Shown here one piece after another: positions 1 through 8,274 of a DNA stretch of 20,000 nt. Below the pieces are notes generated by a model that was not told where the DNA came from, searched no databases, and was given only the letters and a program-made list of their open reading frames with translations. Numbering within the stretch: the first letter of the stretch is position 1; each line of letters begins with the position of its first letter. The DNA comes from an uncultured virus (IMG/VR IMGVR_UViG_3300009376_000009) (taxonomy: Duplodnaviria; Heunggongvirae; Uroviricota; Caudoviricetes): the IMG/VR virus record IMGVR_UViG_3300009376_000009. The stretch is one strand, 5' to 3'. Position numbers and translations under genes: made by a program.

Positions 1-1790
1 CAAGGTCAATGGTTCCATCACCATCTTCGTATGTTGCTGAAATACGAGTTTCTGTGTTACTTGAAAACATGGCCCCTACTATATCTTGCACAGCCTCGGT
101 AGTCAAAGGAGCGCCATCAAGAGTTGTGACGACGTCTATCGTCCCATCACCATCCTGATACGTAACTGATGTGTTAGTTTCAGTATTGCCTGAAAACATG
201 GCCCCTACCAAATCTTGAATATATTCATCAGTCCGAGGTTGAGTATCTGTGGCGACGAAATCAAGGGTTCCATCACCATCCTCATACGTCACAGAAATGT
301 TTGTTTCAGTATTCCCTGATACCATCGCCCCAACAATGTCCTGCACTTCCTCAGTCGTAAGGGCAGCGACATAATCAGGAGTAGCCCATGACCCAACCCC
401 ACTCAAACCTGAGTATTTCAAGAATTGGCCTGATGAACCACCGGCAGGAAGATGATGATTACCCGCAGTTGTAGGGTGAGTATAGACTGTATCATTGTCG
501 GTGGCTACGAAATCGAGAGTCCCGTCATCGTCTTGATATGTGACTGAAATATTAGTTTCAGTATTGCCCGATACCATAGCACCCACAATATCTTGAACTG
601 CTTCCGTAGTCAAGGGCGCACCATCAAGGGTAGTAACCACATCAATAGTGCCGTCACCATCTTGATAGGTAACAGAAGTATTCGTTTCGGTGTTCGACGT
701 AAACATAGCCCCGACTATATCCTGCACTTCCTCAGTTGTAAGTTGGGTATCAGCCGTCATATCGTCTACGACTAAATCTATTGTTCCGTCGCTATCATCA
801 TAGGTAACTGAAATCCTAGTTTCCGTATTCGATGTAAACATGGCTCCGACAACATCTTGAATATCTTCTGTGGGGTTAGTCCAAGTTGCTACCCCACTTG
901 TTAGAGCATATTTCAAATAATCGCCCGACGAACCCCCGGTTGGGACGTGCTTGTTTCCAGCAGTAGTAGGGTGAGTATAGACGGTATCTGTATCTGTCGC
1001 CACGAAATCAATCGTTCCATCACCATCCTGATAAGTAACTGAGATATTAGTTTCCGTGTTACCTGTGAGCATACCACCTACTATGTCTTGCACTTCCTCC
1101 GTTGTTAGGTTGGTATCTAAATCATCAACGACAAGGTCAATAGTCCCATCTCCGTCTTCGTATGTAGCCGAGATTCGTGTTTCGGTATTTCCTGAGAACA
1201 TGGCTCCTACTATGTCCTGAACGGCTTCTGTCGTAAGTGGTGCGCCGTCAAGAGTAGTAACCACATCTATTGTTCCATCCCCGTCTTCGTAAGTAACTGA
1301 TGTATTGGTTTCTGTGTTGCCTGAGAACATGGCTCCGACAATATCTTGCACCGCTTCGGTAGTTAGTGGTGCGCCATCGAGAGTTGTAACTACATCAATA
1401 GTCCCGTCTCCATCTTGATAGGTCACAGAAGTATTAGTTTCAGTATTCCCTGAAAACATGGCTCCTACAATATCTTGAACTTCCTCAGTAGATAACTGAG
1501 TATTAGTGTCTGCGGTCATGTCGTCCACAACTAAGTCAATTGTGCCGTCACCGTCTTCGTAAGTGGCGGCAATACGAGTTTCAGTATTCCCTGAAAACAT
1601 AGCCCCGACAATATCCTGAACGGCTTCGGTGGTCAATGGTGCGCCATCTAAGGTCGTGACCACATCTATTGTGCCGTCGCCATCTTGATATGTAACTGCT
1701 GTATTGGTTTCGGTATTACCGGAGAACATAGCACCGACAATATCCTGAATATACTCATCAGTCCGGGGCTGTGTATCAGTAGCAGCAATA
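1..1790 (-). repeat. Coding tandem repeats of ~43 aa (QDIVGAMFSGNTETNxSVTYQDGDGTIDxV), 12 copies visible
   Basis: QD(I/L/V)VG motifs near 81, 209, 335, 587, 716, 851, 1082, 1211, 1340, 1469, 1610 and 1739. Spacing is mostly 129 nt, with many synonymous differences between copies. Confidence 0.9.
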
Positions 1791-3853
1791 GTCATATCTG
1801 TCCCATCAGGGGTTAACGAAACGTTAGAGCCAGCAACCAATTTAATATCCTGTGTTCCTGAACTTGCCCCACCTGCTGTTAAGCGCAGAAGAACATCGTT
1901 AGAGGAATCAACCCAAGAAGAAGTGTAGGTATTTTGGGTGTTAGTGGTTGTGTCGGGAGGAACTACCCAATCACCGTCCTCCCTAAGATACTTGGTAGTA
2001 GTGGCTCCGCCATCTCTTGCAGGAACTAAAGCGGCTGTGCCGGGGCTTGTTGAGCCTGCGAACGTCGAGTAAGTGGTATCAGGAGAAGTTAAGGTAATGA
2101 GGAAGGGGTCGCCCGAAGTCCCGGCTCCTGTTAAGTTCGTCCCAAGTGAGCCTGTGGCGGTCACAAACTTCACATATTCGCCTTCTTGCACATCTTCGTT
2201 GTCGCCGCCACTATCTACAATCTTGAAGCCATCCCCCATGTCTACTGTATCTGTATTTGTCGTAAAAGTAAGTGCGCTTTGCATATAGGTCGTCAAGCGA
2301 CTCATAGTGGCCTTCCTATTCGTTCCTCCTGCGCCATTATCTACAATCATAAGGTCAGCATCAACTAACGCTTCACCAATGTCGGTCATACCATCAATAT
2401 CAAGACTAAATGCTGTTCCTGATAATCCGATACCACCGTTTGCCGTAGCAGAATACGTAGTATTTGTGTCTGCGGAGGAAAATGTAATTGTGTCCGTTCC
2501 AGCATTCGTGGTAATCGTCATACCACCCGCCGCTACAAGAGTTAAGTCATCTCCCGCAGAAGCCGCAAGTGAAGTTTGGCCGGACACCGCAATACTGTCG
2601 AAAGCGTTAGCACTACCCCCCGCCGCAGCCCACTCAATACCGTCCGCCCCCGAATTAACGGTCAAAACTTGGTTTGCGGTTCCAATCGCTAATACGCCTA
2701 ATGCACCATGTCCTTGTCCGTACAATACTGAGTTTCTAGCAGCGTATTCGATACCCGTTCCTCCTGCGGCCACAGGTAATCTGAGTGTGCTTCCTCTTGC
2801 TCTGTAAACTCCTTCTGCTACTTGAGTGTAATTCCAATCTCCAAGCACTTTGGGTCTTTTCACCGTATGAATCTCTGATGAGTTAATATCGGTGAATAAC
2901 GTAGAGCCATAGAGTTTTGCACCACCTTCTATCTCCAACGAATAGCAATCCAAAATTAGATTAGAGCGAATCTGTGCATAATGTGCTGAGTTTGTTGGTT
3001 TACCTATTTTAAGGCCGTGATATTTCACATTGAAAGTATTGAATCCTGCTGTTCCCGATGGCCCACGATTAGCGTCGCCATTGACGGGAAGATACCACGT
3101 CGTTGAATTAGGAACAAACCTAACTGTCGAAAGCCCCCAATCAGTAGCAACGACACCCCTATGAGCAGTAACGGATGCGGTAGGTGAAACGTCCATATCC
3201 AAAGTAAGTGACCCATCAAAACTGAACTCCTTCGTTAAATCCGCTTCTGTGCGAGTCAACGGTTTGATAGGAGCATCAGAATCAAGGCTAAGAGCATCTA
3301 CTTTTCCAAAAGAATTGCTTTGAGTTGGGACAAAAGTAGGTGAGAAGTAAACTGTTGAAGAGTCTGTAATGAATTGAAGATGAGGATATACCCCGTCTTC
3401 CAAAGCAATACTGATATTCGCTCCGGGCTTGAACTTAAAAGTTACATTTCCCCTTGAAGTAGAATTATCGAACATTCCGTTTTCTGCTGTATTGAGTGAA
3501 GCGTCCGTAAGGAACGTAACATAGCAATTGTTGGTTGGGGCTGACCCTGTAAACACCACCGAAGCAGTAGAAGTTGACGATATACAACCCGCCTTCTTGA
3601 TTACAAGGGGGGCGTTGCCTTTGAGATTTGCTACCGCATTGAGTCTAAACCCTCTCCCTGTGGCGGTATCATTCTGAATAGTTATGCTGTTACAATAGAA
3701 ATCGGAATCAAAATGCGCTGCATTTGTCGCAGTCCCGGTGAAAACTAAGTCATCCGTGCCGCCCGAAGTAAGTGTGGGCGCACCCACTTCGGCCCAATTG
3801 TCTGCTTCTGTAACTACGGAAGATGCAGAGCCATCCCAAGTAAATGTTCCCAT
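1..3853 (-). CDS. Very large repeat-rich virion fibre/adhesin-like protein (3' end truncated by the window edge, >1280 aa)
   Basis: Absent from the ORF track because it runs off the window. ATG at 3853 (MGTFTWDGSASSVVTEADNW...), and I read it in one frame to the left edge (Met codon at 70 is in frame). Thr/Gly/Asp-rich, with fibre-type motifs (LPVAAGGTG, GTANQVLTVNSG, KYLREDGDW, YTHPTTAGNKHVPTGGSSG). Lies downstream of head genes. Confidence 0.85.
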   Translation of the reverse strand, partial: MGTFTWDGSASSVVTEADNWAEVGAPTLTSGGTDDLVFTGTATNAAHFDSDFYCNSITIQNDTATGRGFRLNAVANLKGNAPLVIKKAGCISSTSTASVVFTGSAPTNNCYVTFLTDASLNTAENGMFDNSTSRGNVTFKFKPGANISIALEDGVYPHLQFITDSSTVYFSPTFVPTQSNSFGKVDALSLDSDAPIKPLTRTEADLTKEFSFDGSLTLDMDVSPTASVTAHRGVVATDWGLSTVRFVPNSTTWYLPVNGDANRGPSGTAGFNTFNVKYHGLKIGKPTNSAHYAQIRSNLILDCYSLEIEGGAKLYGSTLFTDINSSEIHTVKRPKVLGDWNYTQVAEGVYRARGSTLRLPVAAGGTGIEYAARNSVLYGQGHGALGVLAIGTANQVLTVNSGADGIEWAAAGGSANAFDSIAVSGQTSLAASAGDDLTLVAAGGMTITTNAGTDTITFSSADTNTTYSATANGGIGLSGTAFSLDIDGMTDIGEALVDADLMIVDNGAGGTNRKATMSRLTTYMQSALTFTTNTDTVDMGDGFKIVDSGGDNEDVQEGEYVKFVTATGSLGTNLTGAGTSGDPFLITLTSPDTTYSTFAGSTSPGTAALVPARDGGATTTKYLREDGDWVVPPDTTTNTQNTYTSSWVDSSNDVLLRLTAGGASSGTQDIKLVAGSNVSLTPDGTDMTIAATDTQPRTDEYIQDIVGAMFSGNTETNTAVTYQDGDGTIDVVTTLDGAPLTTEAVQDIVGAMFSGNTETRIAATYEDGDGTIDLVVDDMTADTNTQLSTEEVQDIVGAMFSGNTETNTSVTYQDGDGTIDVVTTLDGAPLTTEAVQDIVGAMFSGNTETNTSVTYEDGDGTIDVVTTLDGAPLTTEAVQDIVGAMFSGNTETRISATYEDGDGTIDLVVDDLDTNLTTEEVQDIVGGMLTGNTETNISVTYQDGDGTIDFVATDTDTVYTHPTTAGNKHVPTGGSSGDYLKYALTSGVATWTNPTEDIQDVVGAMFTSNTETRISVTYDDSDGTIDLVVDDMTADTQLTTEEVQDIVGAMFTSNTETNTSVTYQDGDGTIDVVTTLDGAPLTTEAVQDIVGAMVSGNTETNISVTYQDDDGTLDFVATDNDTVYTHPTTAGNHHLPAGGSSGQFLKYSGLSGVGSWATPDYVAALTTEEVQDIVGAMVSGNTETNISVTYEDGDGTLDFVATDTQPRTDEYIQDLVGAMFSGNTETNTSVTYQDGDGTIDVVTTLDGAPLTTEAVQDIVGAMFSSNTETRISATYEDGDGTIDL

Positions 3854-3864
3854 ATTCTACCCCC

Positions 3865-4299
3865 TTAATCAGAGGATTTCAGACTACCACTCAGTTGCGC
3901 GGTAGTAGTGCCGCCAACCTTCGTTGTAGTGGCCTTTACCTTAAACGCGCTCCCTCCCTTTTCTTCTATCGCTCTAATGGCCTCAAGTGCCTGCTTCTCA
4001 AATGAGGTTAACTGCTTGTTGAACCTAACATCTTGAGTGCCTTGTTCCTTTTCGGGAACCCATGCAGGAATCGTATCTATCAGAACACGCAAGCAATCAG
4101 TTGCAACTAAAAACTTGATGGCGGATTCTTTTAGTGTAGTATCAGGCACATTGTCTGCTGTTCCACCAACATAACCCGCCGCACGTGTCTTTTTGTTGAC
4201 TTCGGCTGTCCGAATAGTGAGATATTCACTAATCGTATTCTCATTTAGTCCTCGTGGCCTATTGAGAAGGTCACGAATCTGTGCTGTCGTTACCGCCAC
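3865..4299 (-). CDS. Putative head-tail adaptor / head completion protein
   Basis: Track ORF 3865..4335; more likely GTG start at 4299 after GGTGGGG RBS. Predicted helical, begins VTTAQIRDLL-x8-ISEYL like SPP1 gp15/HK97 gp6-type adaptors, and sits downstream of the capsid gene. Confidence 0.6.
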   Translation of the reverse strand: MAVTTAQIRDLLNRPRGLNENTISEYLTIRTAEVNKKTRAAGYVGGTADNVPDTTLKESAIKFLVATDCLRVLIDTIPAWVPEKEQGTQDVRFNKQLTSFEKQALEAIRAIEEKGGSAFKVKATTTKVGGTTTAQLSGSLKSSD

Positions 4300-4633
4300 T
4301 ACCCCACCTACTATCGTAATCCGATGGAACATCAATGATTACAGCGTCATTTGAAGGTTTGTTCGTCCTATCCAATACCAAAACAAGCCTTGAGCCAACA
4401 ATGGCGTGAGCCATCATGCTATTTGGAAGCCAATACAGTTTCGTTCTATCATCAAGAAGCGTAATAGGATGGTTTGCGTGTTGAGTAGAAGGGTTTCGTA
4501 GAAGTCGGACTAAAAACCCATCTCCACTTAACCAATGCTTGAGTCTGTGCTGCATATCAGCGACTTTGGCGGAAGGAGGCATAGGAATCCCCGCCTTCTT
4601 CATCTTAGATGCTAATTCGGCCTTCGTAACCAT
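4271..4633 (-). CDS. Hypothetical protein with N-terminal HeH/SAP/LEM-like motif
   Basis: 120-aa ORF. N-terminus TKAELASKMKKAGIPMPPSAKVADMQHRL fits the helix-extension-helix pattern often seen in phage head modules. Confidence 0.6.
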   Translation of the reverse strand: MVTKAELASKMKKAGIPMPPSAKVADMQHRLKHWLSGDGFLVRLLRNPSTQHANHPITLLDDRTKLYWLPNSMMAHAIVGSRLVLVLDRTNKPSNDAVIIDVPSDYDSRWGSGGNDSTDS

Positions 4634-4646
4634 GTAACTCTACTCT

Positions 4647-4781
4647 TCACTCTTTCTTGGCTTTACTTTTAGCCGCACTCTTCTTCTTTGGAGCCTTCTT
4701 TGGAGGGATTACGTCGTAATTCCCGTCTTCACGGAGAACATACTGTGTGCCGTCAGGCTCAGTCCAGCCTTCGTCGGCCAT
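4647..4781 (-). CDS. Small protein (44 aa) with Lys/Ala-rich basic tail
   Basis: Below the track cutoff. MADEGWTEPDGTQYVLREDGNYDVIPPKKAPKKKSAAKSKAKKE fills the gap between two co-oriented genes. Confidence 0.7.
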   Translation of the reverse strand: MADEGWTEPDGTQYVLREDGNYDVIPPKKAPKKKSAAKSKAKKE

Positions 4782-4786
4782 CTAAA

Positions 4787-5236
4787 TCAATATCCTTCGA
4801 CGTAAGTGATGTAGAGATACATCTTTCCGGCTGTTAGGGCCGCAGTAGCGATTGTAAATAGGACGCTTCGTGCAGCAGTCAGTTTCTTTGAAGCCACAAG
4901 GCCACCAACCTGAGTTGCCGCCACATAAGCCGCGTTGTCGAAAGCAGTTGCGGCCTTGATTATAGCAGCCCCATCAGTAGCGACACCGAGAGCGACAGTA
5001 GCAGAACCACCCGAAGCAAGGGGAGTTACTACGTCCCATGTAGCCCTTGTGATTATTGCGTTATCAGGAAGAGTAGAAGCCTTTCCATCTGCATTAGTCA
5101 TGGTAATTGCGCCTGCTGCACCGCCTTGTGTGCCGAAGTCATACATGAAACATTGAGTCTTTTCATTGTGCGGAGCGAGATGGGTGTTACCAATCAAGTC
5201 TTGTAACTTGCGGTTCCGGTTATTCTGTGCCGACAT
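4787..5236 (-). CDS. Putative capsid decoration / minor structural beta-sandwich protein
   Basis: Track ORF 4787..5254; ATG at 5236 follows AAAGGAGG. Ala/Thr/Gly-rich, LPDNAIITRA...ATVALGV...LTAGKMYLYITY pattern, directly downstream of the major capsid gene. Confidence 0.6.
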   Translation of the reverse strand: MSAQNNRNRKLQDLIGNTHLAPHNEKTQCFMYDFGTQGGAAGAITMTNADGKASTLPDNAIITRATWDVVTPLASGGSATVALGVATDGAAIIKAATAFDNAAYVAATQVGGLVASKKLTAARSVLFTIATAALTAGKMYLYITYVEGY

Positions 5237-5263
5237 TTCACTTCCTCCTTTCAATCAGTTATC

Positions 5264-6157
5264 TCACGCAACCCCGGTAATCTTGCAAATCCGGTTATTC
5301 TTGCCCGAAGCCGCGCCATCTTGGTGTTCGTGGATAACCGACCCAAAGAAAGAGGTCAGAAGCCAATCGTAACCAACGCCGGGAAGCCTCGTCAACTCTG
5401 TTTCCATAAAGCCCTCCCCGTTGTATTGGAAGAACTCTGCGGTTTCAGCACCCGGTATTAGCAGAAGTGCGTCACTTGCAACAGTCGAATCCCTTGAGTA
5501 GTAAACTCTCAAGTTTGCGATACGTCCCATGTGGTCTTGTAGTGACTCAACCACGTTGCCGAAGAGTTGAGTGTTTAGCATGGCGCTTCTCTTGCCTGCT
5601 GGAAGGATAAGAGCCATTGGCTCGTCACCCGAAACTCTTGCGTTAGCGAAGATTAAGTCCATAGCGGCAAGGAGGTCGCCTTCCTCATCAGCACCAGCAG
5701 ACCCAAAGGTTGTAGTAGCAGCCTGAGTCTGTCCTGCACCGGCTGCAAGAGCCGATAGAATCTCGGAGTCAATCTTGTCTGCACGAGCGCGAATAATTCC
5801 CAACTGCTGTCGGTCAATGTTCTCCCATGACTCTCCGCGTAGGCGGACTGAGTCGAGGAAAGTCACACGGCCCTGACCCTTGTAGAGTTTGGTCGTGTAG
5901 TTCTCGGTTCCAACCTTCGTAGGGTCTACGATGGCGTTATCATCAAGGGGGTACGAAAAAGTCCCGTTCACGCCGGTATACCACTTGAAATCCATCCAAG
6001 AAACCGAGCGAACCCCAACAACGTTTGTCCCAACGGCTATGGTCGTAGATTGTAGTTGAATGAAATCGCGGAGTGTTTGCTCGATAACAGCATCACCCGT
6101 CGAAAATGGGCCTGCGGCTGCGTCTACGTTCAAAATCTCTTCTAGTGTTCTACTCAT
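5264..6157 (-). CDS. Major capsid protein (HK97 fold)
   Basis: 297 aa, follows protease/scaffold and cement genes. Has a long spine-helix-like segment (IDRQQLGIIRARADKIDSEILSAL) and ends ICKITGVA. GGAGG RBS upstream. Confidence 0.8.
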   Translation of the reverse strand: MSRTLEEILNVDAAAGPFSTGDAVIEQTLRDFIQLQSTTIAVGTNVVGVRSVSWMDFKWYTGVNGTFSYPLDDNAIVDPTKVGTENYTTKLYKGQGRVTFLDSVRLRGESWENIDRQQLGIIRARADKIDSEILSALAAGAGQTQAATTTFGSAGADEEGDLLAAMDLIFANARVSGDEPMALILPAGKRSAMLNTQLFGNVVESLQDHMGRIANLRVYYSRDSTVASDALLLIPGAETAEFFQYNGEGFMETELTRLPGVGYDWLLTSFFGSVIHEHQDGAASGKNNRICKITGVA

Positions 6158-6170
6158 ACTAACTTCCTCC

Positions 6171-6647
6171 TTATGCTATATTCGCTCCTGCGGTCATAAC
6201 TGTAATCAAGTTACCCTCAGTTGTTGCTGTGCCGGTTACGCCTGCATTAGTTAGGCCATCACCTGCTCCTGAGTCTACAAGAGCAGTTGTTACTTCTCCT
6301 GTTCCGACATACAGTCCGATTTTCTTTGCGGAAGAACCGCTTGAAGTTACTGCAAGACCGTCGTTTCCGGCATAGACCGTTAGTCCGGTAGTCCATGTCT
6401 GCGAAGCCGCCGACTGCACTTGAAGAACACCACCGAGAGGATAGAAAGACACCTTAGCGGCGGTAATATCCATTGTTCCGCCTGCGGCCCTCTCGGACTC
6501 GCCTGCTGAAATCCCTATTGCGACTTCACCAACGGCGGTCAAATCAAGCAAGTTGTTTGTTCCGTCGTGGGTCATAATCTTGCCTGCGCCCTTAACAATC
6601 TTGTCGTCAATCATCAGTCCGTGTATTGGGTCTGCAAAGTTTACCAT
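6171..6647 (-). CDS. Capsid cement/decoration protein (DUF2190-like)
   Basis: 158 aa, Gly/Ala/Thr-rich, GGVLQV...GLTVYAGNDG...KKIG pattern, located between the scaffold and capsid genes. Confidence 0.6.
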   Translation of the reverse strand: MVNFADPIHGLMIDDKIVKGAGKIMTHDGTNNLLDLTAVGEVAIGISAGESERAAGGTMDITAAKVSFYPLGGVLQVQSAASQTWTTGLTVYAGNDGLAVTSSGSSAKKIGLYVGTGEVTTALVDSGAGDGLTNAGVTGTATTEGNLITVMTAGANIA

Positions 6648-6648
6648 A

Positions 6649-7131
6649 TCAAATCAACTCCTTAATCTCTTCAAACATCGGCGCACGCTGGTCGCCCTCA
6701 TCTTGAGCGAGTGTGCCGTTCCATGCCTTAGCCCATGCGTTCCAGCAGCGAGCATAGATTTGCTCATCTGAAGTAACCATTACGCCGTTGAGGAAGTTAG
6801 CGACTACTCGCTGCTCCCCCTCGGAAGCGACTATTGGTGTGGAATCGTCAGTCAAATCGTCAACAGGCTCCATTACGACAGGCTCTTCGGTAGGATGAGC
6901 CTCTTCCCAAGAAGAGATTAGGTTCTCGATTGTGTCTGTCTTGAGGTCTTCGTGACCGGACATACCCAATTCGGTTGCTCTCTCAACAAGGGCGGAGCGT
7001 GCCTCTTCCTCTCGTGCAGCCTCGGCGTCAGTAAACTCCTTCACTTGAGCCTGACTCATTACGAGTTGTGCTTTGAGGTCTTCGATTTCGTCTGTGCTGT
7101 CGGGAATCTCAGTTACTATCTCATCGGTCAT
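6649..7131 (-). CDS. Putative nested in-frame scaffolding protein (160 aa) from an internal start
   Basis: In-frame ATG at 7131 (MTDEIVTE...), with GGTGA RBS 5 nt upstream (7137-7141) and TTGATAAG at 7178-7185. Confidence 0.65.
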   Translation of the reverse strand: MTDEIVTEIPDSTDEIEDLKAQLVMSQAQVKEFTDAEAAREEEARSALVERATELGMSGHEDLKTDTIENLISSWEEAHPTEEPVVMEPVDDLTDDSTPIVASEGEQRVVANFLNGVMVTSDEQIYARCWNAWAKAWNGTLAQDEGDQRAPMFEEIKELI

Positions 7132-7902
7132 AGCGGTCACCTTCTCACAGTTGTTATTCTCGGAAGAAACTGAATGACTTATCAAGGTTGCCTCCATAAC
7201 AGGGGTTTCAAGCCTCTCAACTGATTCTATGTTCGCTTTTTCATACGCAGGCCGATGAACAATAGCCAAATGGTCGAATGTGAAGTCTTCTCCGAAGATA
7301 ATTCCATCTTCATCAGCCTGAATAGGTACTCCTGAGCCTCCAATGGAAACCCCATAGTCAGAACGAAGCCACAAACCGGACTCAAGAGCCTCAAATAATT
7401 CGGGCCTCATTACGTGCGCGATATATCTGACTTCGTAACCCCCATCAGTTTTAGGATGAAAAGAGGCAGCATGAATTACCCCAACTACTGCTTTATCCAC
7501 CCCACCATCCATATTGCGGTCAAAACCTGCACCGCCTTCGATAGCATCAGGATGATTGAGAGTTAAATCGGCCCCCTGCATCTGCCGTGCGACATTTCTC
7601 GCTCCTTCCTCAGTCACAGCCCAACCATTCTTATTCAGGCCATCATGGAATGCTATGCCTCGTATCTCTATAATCGTATTTCCTGTCGTTGCTTCAACAA
7701 CGCTTAGTGCTGAGTCTATATCAAGGTCAATAGTAACTGCTATCTTGCGGCACTCCCCATCAATCAACTTCTCATCAGGAGCGCAAACCTGAGTTGCGTA
7801 TTTCCGCTTTCGCTTCTTCCGCTTATCTTTGCGTGGGGCTTCTGCGATTACTTCTGTTACTTGGATTTCGTCGCAACAACTGCCCTCGCATCCACACGAC
7901 AT
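6649..7902 (-). CDS. Prohead maturation protease fused to C-terminal acidic scaffold domain
   Basis: Track ORF 6649..7920; start moved to MSCGCEG at 7902, 23 nt after a CTTAAG box. Protease-type motifs NKNG, LTLNHP (His), VSIGG (Ser), FDHLAIVHRPAY. C-terminal third is acidic and coiled-coil-like. Confidence 0.8.
   Translation of the reverse strand: MSCGCEGSCCDEIQVTEVIAEAPRKDKRKKRKRKYATQVCAPDEKLIDGECRKIAVTIDLDIDSALSVVEATTGNTIIEIRGIAFHDGLNKNGWAVTEEGARNVARQMQGADLTLNHPDAIEGGAGFDRNMDGGVDKAVVGVIHAASFHPKTDGGYEVRYIAHVMRPELFEALESGLWLRSDYGVSIGGSGVPIQADEDGIIFGEDFTFDHLAIVHRPAYEKANIESVERLETPVMEATLISHSVSSENNNCEKVTAMTDEIVTEIPDSTDEIEDLKAQLVMSQAQVKEFTDAEAAREEEARSALVERATELGMSGHEDLKTDTIENLISSWEEAHPTEEPVVMEPVDDLTDDSTPIVASEGEQRVVANFLNGVMVTSDEQIYARCWNAWAKAWNGTLAQDEGDQRAPMFEEIKELI
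7178..7185 (-). promoter_or_regulatory. Internal TATA-like box TTGATAAG, likely driving scaffold-cement-capsid transcription
   Basis: Identical 8-mer to the box upstream of the portal gene (11038-11045), placed ~45 nt upstream of the RBS-led internal ATG. Confidence 0.55.
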
Positions 7903-7925
7903 GGTATATGTAGCATACATAGTGT

Positions 7926-7932
7926 CTTAAGA
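7926..7932 (-). promoter_or_regulatory. TATA-like box (TCTTAAG) for a leaderless protease transcript
   Basis: 23 nt upstream of ATG 7902, the same spacing as CCTTAAG before ATG 14784. Confidence 0.5.
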
Positions 7933-7935
7933 ATC

Positions 7936-8274
7936 CTACGATATACCCTCTATGATGCCCCACGTCAGTAACTCATTGATTACGTCCTGTATCGCAGCAT
8001 AGTCCTCAATATCGCAAGTGGTATCAGTATACACGTAACCAACCTCATATTCTTCGTAGGTTTCAGGCCCAACGAATACCCTATACCCCTTCTTATCGTC
8101 TTGATAATCCAATGAAACGTAGAGAATGAACATTCCATTATCGTTTTCCTTCGCTATAACCTCTCCTTGAGTATCGTAACACGTCATAACCGGGTTATGA
8201 GGGGAGAAAAAGCCGCTACTACTGCTTCCGATGAGTAAAAGGAGTAGAAGAGTAACGGCTGTCGCCTCGCGCAT
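7936..8274 (-). CDS. Membrane-anchored/secreted small beta protein
   Basis: Track ORF 7936..8295; more likely ATG at 8274 (TAATG overlap, GGAGG RBS). N-terminal hydrophobic stretch, then GEVIAK...VFVGPETYEEYEVG. Confidence 0.7.
   Translation of the reverse strand: MREATAVTLLLLLLIGSSSSGFFSPHNPVMTCYDTQGEVIAKENDNGMFILYVSLDYQDDKKGYRVFVGPETYEEYEVGYVYTDTTCDIEDYAAIQDVINELLTWGIIEGIS

Noticed and set aside
1..1790. Diversity-generating retroelement TR/VR pair among the fibre repeats
   Set aside because: Differences are synonymous and not adenine-specific, all copies are in-frame coding, and no reverse transcriptase is present.
593..3219. Track ORFs 593..775, 2073..2288, 2186..2368, 2307..2807 and 3025..3219
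   Set aside because: Antisense or out-of-frame shadows of the long fibre gene.
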